A stretch of 64,000 bases of DNA from the human T2T-CHM13v2.0 reference genome, Homo sapiens, in assembly GCF_009914755.1 (NCBI RefSeq), contig NC_060942.1; one strand, given 5' to 3'. The notes under the pieces are model-generated. The model did not search any database and was not told the origin of the DNA. It saw only the letters and a list, made by a program, of their open reading frames with translations. A program made the position numbers and the translations under genes. Below, piece after piece: positions 55,901-64,000 of the stretch (positions are counted from its first letter, which is position 1; the number at the start of each line of letters is the position of its first letter).

Positions 55901-57656
55901 ATGGAAAATAGTGCCACTTCCTGATACAAATAAGTAGAATGGTGTATGTTTTGCAGGGAAGATAATGAGTTTTTTTTTCCTATGAGATGTCAAGGTAAGA
56001 AAAAAGGAGCAGGTTATAATGAGATAGTAGCTTGAAAAATTATTTTTGAGGATAAGGGACACATTGGTGGGAGAATCTACAAAAGCAAGAGGGTAACTGT
56101 ACAACTAAGGAAAAGAACAACTAATTAGTAAGCTTGGGACTAAATTTTCATCAGAATAATTTAGAAAAGACCTCAGAGAAACTGATGTTAGAAACAGGGT
56201 GGAGAAGAGGGTTATAGATAGCTTGAGACAAATATGGGAATCAAAACTCAGAGAGAATAAAGATGCAGAGTATTTTTTAATCAAGACATAGGTAATTAAT
56301 TCACTTGAATTCTCTTGATTTAAGAAAAATACAGAAATTTGATAAACTACAGTGTGGGAGCAGAGTGAGGTTGCACTTTAAGAGTTTGGAGGTTGAAAAC
56401 AACTGTGAGCAGTTTGTAGAGTTTACATATATATTGGACAATAGCCTGGCTGAGGTTCATGATAGAATCATTCATATGAGCTTTCCATGATTCAACCATG
56501 ACAGCAAAATAGTGTCAGGGACACTGGAACTCTATTAGAGGACAGCAGCTTACATTCTGGCTTCATCACTTCTTGACTATGTGAATTTATTCAAAGTACT
56601 TAAAATACTCAGAGATTTATCTGTTAATTGAGGAAAATAGATGTGTTTTGTGATTCTTGTTAGATATTTTGAAGATGAAATCAGGCCATATATAAGCATA
56701 TCTGTATATATAAATACATAGATATACAGATATGCAAACTGTAATGCTTCATTCCAATGTTAGCTGTTATATTCAAGGAAGAGTAGCATAGAGCAAAAAT
56801 TGAAAAAAAAATAGAGAGTCGATTACCCAGGGCTGATAATTAGCAAGACAGGAATCAAAGAAGGGAAGTGTGAATGAGCCTGTGCAGGAGGAAGGACATG
56901 ATTGTATGGAAGGCAGAAGCAGCCAGAAAATGGGGATGAACTCAGAAGATAAATATTGGCTGAGGAACTTCACATCTTGGGGGGTACAAAAGGCAGAGGA
57001 AATTGGAGACGTAGAAATGAACTGGAAATTGGTGTTAAAATGGCAGATTTCAAAATTTCAAAAATGCTTTCCAGTAGAACAGTGTTAATTGATGAAGTAA
57101 GTGATTGAGGTGGAAGTGTTTGGAGATGGAGCCTTTGAAAAGGAGAAAGTAATGAATCTCCCCTCTGGGTTGGTGGATTCAATGAAAGATATTTTTTCTT
57201 CCTCTGTGCAAGCAATAACAGCTAGTATTTGTATGAGGCTTTGGTTTATGAACTCATTTTAAAAAATTGTTGATTTTAATATGACTTTATGTGGTCACTA
57301 CACCTTGCATGGTGGACAGTGTTTCAATGTTTCTTTGGAAAAGAAAATGAAGCTTAGAGAGATTAAAATAACTACCCAAATTCAGAATACCAGCATATAA
57401 AGAGTCAAGTGCTTGAACTTAGAAATTTGACCTTCAAATACTATACTATTTTCATGCATTACTTTACTACAACTTATTAAACATAACATTAAATTCTACA
57501 TAAGAACATATTTTCCTCCAAAGCAGAAAAAAAAAATTAGGGAAAAGCATGAGGAAAGGTATGAAGTGAGAAAAATGATTAAATGCTTACATATCACCAG
57601 TGAATTTGCATAGCCTGAGACTAAAGACATAGTTAATATTCTAGTTCACTACTTAC

Positions 57657-57781
57657 AGCCTTCTTCAAGAGATAAGCAGATCATTACAATTCCTCAGGAA
57701 TTCAAGTGTCCATGCCGGAGCAGCAATTTGCTAAGAATGTGAGCAATGAGCAATTTGCAATACTAAGTAAATGGTACAGTT
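57657..57781 (-). pseudogene. Gene A exon with 7-bp frameshifting duplication
   Basis: gtcctag|AA...CT|gtaagt; removing one copy of TTGCTCA restores phase 1-2: KLYHLLSIANCSHS*QIAAPAWTLEFLRNCNDLLIS*RRL. Confidence 0.65.
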
Positions 57782-58233
57782 CTAGGACCAAATTCTTCTT
57801 TCATTTTAAAATTAACCATTGTTAGTTTTAGGGTGGGGATTCTTCACAAAAAGTATACAAAATATTTTTACAGTTTTGGGGATAAATGATATATATTTAT
57901 TATTAGCTGAAAACAAGTAAATTTTTGTAAATTTTTATTAAAGACATAATTTAAGGTGAGGTGACCATGAAGTTCCCTGGTTGTCCCTATCAAATATCTG
58001 AATCTCTCTCTCTCTCTCTCATCCGTGCTCCTTTCTCTCTCAGCTCTTGAATGAGAAGACAACACCTTTAACATATGATACAATTTTCTTTATTAAATAA
58101 GCTTATGTCAGGTTTGTTTTTCTTGTCTATGATTATACCATGTCCTAAATTAGGTCTTATACAAGTTTTCAAATCTCTTTTCATGTTAAAAGATAAAATT
58201 ATTAAATGAAAAATATTCTAAGTTTTTAATAAC

Positions 58234-58384
58234 TATGGCCATGAATTCTATTATATAAAGCCATATTGAGTTGCTAATTCAATCATTAAAATGAATTCAT
58301 AAAGACAAAGCAAAAAAATTCCTTAGGAGTGAAGTCCTTCCTGAAGTAAAGCCATGGAATAACATTTCTCAAAACTGCAATTAC
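58234..58384 (-). pseudogene. Gene A exon
   Basis: ttttctcttcag|GTA, 151 bp, weak donor A|gttatt: VIAVLRNVIPWLYFRKDFTPKEFFCFVFMNSF**LN*QLNMALYNRIHGH. Confidence 0.65.
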
Positions 58385-59367
58385 CTGAAGAGAAAATTAA
58401 GAAAAGAAAAAAAATTACCTCCCCATATTTGAACATAATATATTTAAAAGCAAATATGTGATGTTTTCCTAGTTCATTTTGCAATCTTTCTTCATGATCT
58501 AAATTAGACCACCTTATCACCACCTACTTTCATTTTCCTGTATAGTATGTCACTGTAACAAAGACATCAACCAGGATTTTCCAATTCATTTAGAATTATC
58601 CAAATTATCTCACACCTTAACTTTTTTGATCTACATAATTTCTCTTTTCTAAAATCTCTAAAAAGCTGATTGCATACCCTTCCTCCTATGAGGAAGCCTA
58701 TAAATGGAGTTTCTCACAATGTCCTCAGATATTCAGCTCAAGATATTCATAGATAGTTACTGACTAAGGCAGCATATCTTGTTTTTGACACATGCACAGT
58801 TTAAATGATATGTGAGTTCACCTACCACCTAATTTCCTAAGTGTATGTATGTAGGTGTGTGTTTAGAAATGATTGTGGCAGAAAAGATGTCTACGATACA
58901 AGCAAAAAGAAATCATGGAGAAAAAAATATAAGGAAAAGGAATAGAGTTACTTGTGCTATTTTTTCTTGCTTTTATTTATTCATTTATGTTTGCAGGGTG
59001 GAGTTTTAGACATTATTTTCTTTCTCCTCAAATTTTTTTAAAAAGCCGCAATTAGTTTAAATAATTCCCTTACTAATAAGTATTAGTGGATTATAAAAGT
59101 TAAACACACATCAGCAACTAGGAAAGGACCCTTCAAGCTCAATTCCCTCTGCCCTACCTCTGCTCACCTCCTCAGGACTTTATGCACTTTCCTACCAGGT
59201 CCTCAACTATAAAAAGCTGAAGAAAATATTTCAGAGAGCGACGGATAAGTAGCAAATGAACGGACAGTGTTTTTACTCCTGCACATTCTTCACCTACTTG
59301 ACACTGTTTTGATTTGCATTTCCTTGTTTCGTTTCGTTTCATTTTGTTTTGTTTTCTTTTGCTTTAC

Positions 59368-59537
59368 TTGTTAAGTCTTCCTTCTTTGAAGGTCTTTTCA
59401 ACATCAAGCTCAGGCTTTGCTGGAAAAACTCATTAACCTTTCAAATCAGCAGAAGAAAATCAAATAATATCTTAAGACCATTACAATATTTTACTGCTAT
59501 TGATTCCAGGTTAAGCATTGCCTTTTATTTTTCTCCC
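59368..59537 (-). pseudogene. Gene A exon (frame ambiguous)
   Basis: gattttag|GG...CAA|gtaaag, 170 bp, fits phase 1-0; begins REKNKRQCL; many stops, probably compensating frameshifts (another frame reads KVNEFFQQSLSLMLK). Confidence 0.5.
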
Positions 59538-59632
59538 CTAAAATCATGATGATGTCACTTCGGGGCGGAGAGGAGGAGGGAGAAGAGCCCTCTTTTAGAA
59601 AGTTTCAATAATGAGTTCTCTTCAAGTCCCAG

Positions 59633-60882
59633 TGTTACCGGATCTTTGGGGTGTTGCTTTGCTGACTGGAAACTTCTATGGCTGGTTGCGCCTTTGCCGG
59701 AGTTATTGTCCTGCGTCCAGGAAGAATGAGTTACACAGACAAGTGGAAGGGAACAAGATAAAGAGGAGCCTTACTGAATGTTACAACGAAGAGGAGACCG
59801 CAGTGTTGAGTTCCTCTCTGTAGGAAGGTGGTCCCGTCGTCTCTGCTGCTCTCAACAGAGAGGGCAGCTCCTCTCTACAACCGGTCTTCCCATCCTCTTG
59901 AGTCCTGAGCTTTTATGGACCTCAGAGAGGAGGAAATGTGTGCCCACTTGTCCATGCGTGGCCATGGGCAGGCCCAGGAAAAAGCACCATGAGTTACCCC
60001 TCCAGTGGCCAGGACTGGCAGCCCAGTCCCCAAGCTTCAAGCCTGCCCTGGCCTGAAGGTGGGGTTTCACTGGAGACCCACCCCCTTCTGCCCAGGAGCC
60101 TGTCTGCCTCCTGGGGCCATCTATGGCACCCAGGCTGCTGGCACCAAGCGGCACCTTCAGGCCAGTACCCAGCCACCTTCAGCTCCCCGTCAGCTTCCCC
60201 TCTCGGGATCCTCAGTGTCCAAAGTCCCGAGGGGGTCAAGGCTGCATGGGGCTGGCATGTCAGCACTGCTTCAGGGGTGCGCATAGCCGGCCAGGCTGTC
60301 ACAGTGTCCGAGCTTGGCCCCAGACCTGCTCCCAGATCGGAAGTGGGGCTGGGAGATGGGAGAGGCTAGGCAGCGGAAGCAGGCAACTCTGATCCTGCAA
60401 GGGCAAGGGTGGCCTTCCCAGGACCCCAAGAGTGCAGGGATGCCTGGGTGTGCAGCCCTAGTTTGGGTGTGGTGGGTTGGAGGGCTCCTGCCTACTCCTG
60501 GCACAGGGATGCCCGGGTTGCATCAGCAGCTTGGGCGGGGTCATTTGCACCTGGGGAGCTTCCACCTCACCAACTTGGAAGAGGCATGTCTCCTGCTTGT
60601 CCTCGGCTCCCACCTGCTCCTGGAGCACTGCACCTGCTTGCCTTGCCCCCTTGCATACTGGGGCGGGGGATCCAGGTCCTCGCTGGACCTGGGCCAGCAT
60701 CTGGGCAGAGGTGACATTGCCAGGAACTCCCTCTGTGGCCTCTGGCGCTCAGGGGTGGCCCAGAGCTCCTGCAGCGGTCCCCCAGGGTGGCGGACTGGGG
60801 TGGGGAGGGCTGCACCCATGCCCCTCCATGCAGCTGCCAGCAGGATGGCAGCGAGACCCCAGACCGCCCACTGCGGCTAGCA
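59633..60882 (-). mobile_element. MER52 (ERV1) solo LTR, 1250 bp, GC-rich
   Basis: tgttaccggatctttggggtg...cctgcgtccaggaagaatgag terminus; TG..CA ends; 4-bp TSD ccag at 59629-59632 and 60883-60886. Confidence 0.88.
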
Positions 60883-60896
60883 CCAGTGGTACTTAC

Positions 60897-60958
60897 TCTT
60901 GTTTGCTTAATTACCCACCAGCATGAGTATTAAACTCTCTCCTCTGCATTTGTTTCAT
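60897..60958 (-). pseudogene. Gene A exon (second G4-like LMLVGN)
   Basis: cattttaag|AT...AGA|gtaagt, 62 bp, phase 2-1: K*NKCRGESLILMLVGN*ANK. Confidence 0.65.
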
Positions 60959-61029
60959 CTTAAAATGGTAAAGACTATGTCGTATCCATCCATTCTAGTC
61001 CCTTCAGCAACTAGCAGAGCTATATGTAC

Positions 61030-61166
61030 TTTGATTAAATAAATTCCATTACATCATATGCCTAGTTTTCATAGAGCATTGCAAATGAGAAACATTCTCC
61101 ATGTGATTCTCGCTGATCTTTCTCTCACACGTAGGATGCAATTGCACAGTGACAGGAAAACCATGT
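61030..61166 (-). pseudogene. Gene A exon
   Basis: ctttttcag|AC...AA|gtacat, 137 bp, phase 0-2: TWFSCHCAIASYV*EKDQRESHGECFSFAMLYEN*AYDVMEFI*S. Confidence 0.55.
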
Positions 61167-61562
61167 CTGAAAAAGTGCCCTGTTCACTCTTTACCCATCA
61201 GAATTCTAGACAAGGTATTAGCCAAAAATAAAAATAAAAATAAAAAAGTTGAGATAAACAAAGAAAGTTTTCGTGTAATGGTGCATAGACTTCTTTCATG
61301 ATCCTACTGTTCAGGATAACTTTGTCATCCGTATCTTTCCTATTCCTTCCAACTCCTTTTTCAAATTCACTAAATAAAGCATACCCGCATTTTTTTCTAA
61401 CATATTCTAAAAGTTTAGTAGTCAGTTTTCTGCTATTTGCTCACTTTCCTCATCTAATTCATCAACTTGCTATGAGATAATCTGTGAAAAATATTATGCA
61501 TAGTAATTGGCTAGTTGTTGGCTGAAATTAAATATGTGTTAATGTCATTTATTTTATATTAC

Positions 61563-61684
61563 GCTTGATAGCATCTTCTCAAATGCAACTTTACTGAAGA
61601 TTTATACGTAAAAAAGGGAATTAAGCTGCCTACAACCTGATTCCATCTCTTGTGGCAAAAGGAGTTTGTTAAATAGCAAAATTA
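61563..61684 (-). pseudogene. Gene A exon (G4-like ILLFNK)
   Basis: aaactag|TA...AGC|gtaata, 122 bp, phase 1-0: VILLFNKLLLPQEMESGCRQLNSLFYV*IFSKVAFEKMLSS. Confidence 0.65.
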
Positions 61685-62349
61685 CTAGTTTAAAGTGAAA
61701 AACACAGTGAATTAGTAGTTTACACTTTAATATTTAAATACAATAAATATTTAAATATAATAAATACATACAATAAAACAGCATGAGCAAGTCTTTTGGT
61801 AACAAATTATTCTGATCAACAAACTTAGCATTCATGAAATATGTGGTAGAAAATTCTATGTACATACTATAAGAATAACTCTGAAACAGATAATATTTTG
61901 GTGAAGGCCCTTCATGTTTTTTGCAGGATCAACCCCATGACTTCATTTCCAATGTATTGTTTTAAGTAAAAAATATCAATACCTTGATTTGTAATTGCAT
62001 TGAGTAAGTTATTAAAATGGATGATTTGTACATTCAGGCATAAAGTAAAGAATTAAAGAAACACAATGAATAAATTTGTCAGAATAGACTAAAGACATGA
62101 ACAATATTATTTTTAGAGAGGCTAATCTGAAAAACTAAAATATCGGGAGATATCCAACATCTGGGGAGAGGACCAAATATTATTTTATCTATGAAAGTTT
62201 TGTCATTCTGACTTTATTAAATTATATTCAATATATTTATTTACAAAATTGATAAGCGTTAGTTTTTTAATATTAATTTTATTAATTTTACCCTGAATTC
62301 ACACATCAGGTTTTCTGGACCAGAGACAAATATTTATTAATAAATGCAA

Positions 62350-62633
62350 GTCAGACATGCTGGCTCACACCTGTTATCCTAGAACTTTGGGAGGCCAACG
62401 TAGACAGACCGCTTGAGCCCAGAGGTTCAAGTCCAACCTGGGCAACATGGCAAAACCATGTCTCTACATAAAATACAAAAATTATCCAGGTACACTGGCA
62501 CATACCTGTAGTCCCAGCTACTCAGGAGGCTGAGGTGTGAGGATCACCAGACCCTGGGGAGGTGGAAGCTGCAGTGAGCCGCGATTGCCCCACTGCATTC
62601 CAGCCTGGATGACAGAGTGTACACTCTCCCTCA
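62350..62633 (+). mobile_element. AluJ lacking a poly(A) tail
   Basis: gcttgagcccag...ggaagctgcagtgagccgcgattg; ends directly at the gene A donor site. Confidence 0.9.
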
Positions 62634-62638
62634 CTTAC

Positions 62639-62971
62639 CTGACAACCTTGGCCCTGAGGCTGTGCCATGAGAGCCAGGTCAACTATCTCGTGTGAATAGC
62701 CAGGCACTCCACAGGTGAAAGACAAGGAAAAATGACTTTGCCTGCTTATAAAGGGGGTGAAAGCAGCAGTACCCCCTCTCTTCTGAAAGGATATCCTAGC
62801 AGATGTAATAGGTGTTGAGTTCCAACTCCAGACCTTTGGTAAGTAAATAAAATCTCTCCAGGATCCAGATAGTGCCAAGTGTATCCAAATTCTAGGGTAT
62901 CATCTCCTGAAACCTTTAAATGCCTGGGAAGGAAATGCTCTGGTCTCTGGCCTCCTGGTATCCAGTTCAGG
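62639..62971 (-). pseudogene. Gene A exon (Rab/Rho-like G1-G3 region)
   Basis: tttatag|CC...TCAG|gtaagt, 333 bp, no frameshift: *TGYQEARDQSISFPGI*RFQEMIP*NLDTLGTIWILERFYLLTKGLELELNTYYIC*DILSEERGYCCFHPLYKQAKSFFLVFHLWSAWLFTRDS*PGSHGTASGPRLS. Confidence 0.7.
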
Positions 62972-64000
62972 CTATAAACATTCAGCCCTACCTCGAAAAA
63001 AATAGTTTTATTGTCTTTTCCTCTCAGGGTCAGAGATATTAACTACACAAATGGCCACCGATGTAGACCTTTTAGTATCTGAGGAGCCTCAGCAGGCTAA
63101 AGATTGTACAGGAACACTGGAAAACACAGGGAAGTGTTATTTCCCCATAGTATTTCTCAATATTAATTAATTCCACTTAATGGATCTAATTATATTATTA
63201 AAAATAAGAGTAATAACTCTTTATTTAAATATTTCATATATAAACAACAATGCAAATTGTTAAATATGAGAAGCATTCAATCTTTATGCAGAAAACTGTG
63301 ATCAGTTCACACATTTTTTAACACTTAGCAAACATATTTTTAAAATCATATTAATGTCAAATCAAGAGCTAGATTCTAAATCTTGCTCTAACTTTTCCCG
63401 AGTGAAATAACTGTTCCCTTTTTCCTCATTTGTTCATTCATTACAAGTCTGTAATTTTTAAAGAAAGAACAAAAACAATTATGTAGGCAGTACAAATTAA
63501 GTAGAGTGTGTTTGCTTGGCTTTCTATATTAATGAGAAAAAATAGGGGGTCATGCAATGATAATTTACTATTTTACTAATTTGCAGATACATTGAGGGTA
63601 TGTCTCTGTTCAGGGTTCCCATATTTTTAAACATTTACCCATAACTATGTAAGTTGCCAATGATACGTCACAGAGATCAATATTGGAACATTCATACTTA
63701 GATGTCATATGTTTCATCCAATATGTCTCTCATTATTTTCAAATCTTAATACCTAAAAGTATATATTAGTCCATTTCATGACGTCCTGTCATTAGAGATA
63801 ATATATGTGGAGCAACTGTACCATGTCTGGTATATCACTAACACATAATAAATTGCAGCATTTGTTGTTAGGGTATTGTTTGCTCATGACCTTTGCAAAT
63901 CAGGGGAAGAAAGTACAGCCATGTGCAGAAAAAGGAAGGATTATTTGTGAAAAACATAGCTCAAGACGCTAATGATGTATCATCTAATTAGGTGAGTCAT

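Noticed and set aside
59545-59590. CRE-like TGATGTCA and GC box GGGGCGGAG as a promoter, with ATG at 59518 as start codon
   Set aside because: Phase-matched exons continue upstream; on the minus strand this tract is the pyrimidine-rich intron end before the 59537 acceptor.
59611-60926. Dense cluster of ORFs on both strands and CpG-island-like composition
   Set aside because: Explained by the GC-rich MER52 LTR with TSDs; stop-poor by composition.
62639-63050. ERV internal fragment
   Set aside because: No gag/pol/env motifs recognised; a consensus donor and GTPase-like peptide fit an exon better.

Overview
AT-rich human DNA (a human-specific AluYb8 is present), dense in Alu, L1, L2, MIR, MaLR, ERV1/ERVL and mariner repeats. 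I find no intact protein-coding gene, RNA gene or CRISPR array; most listed ORFs are repeat-derived or chance. The unique DNA between repeats is not random. On the minus strand it holds two tandem, heavily decayed multi-exon genes (candidate unitary pseudogenes), reconstructed by eye from GT-AG exons. (1) About 27.6-63.0 kb: 14 exons in a nearly unbroken phase chain. They encode Ras/Rab-like small-GTPase motifs, then a Mab-21/cGAS-like (MB21D2/TMEM102-like) nucleotidyltransferase-fold region, then a long C-terminal tail. I do not recognise this architecture in any live human gene. (2) About 0.1-18.2 kb or further: an LDL-receptor-related gene with YWTD, EGF, LDLa and Ser/Thr/Pro-stalk remnants. 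Family calls rest on motif recall, not database searches; repeat subfamily names are approximate.
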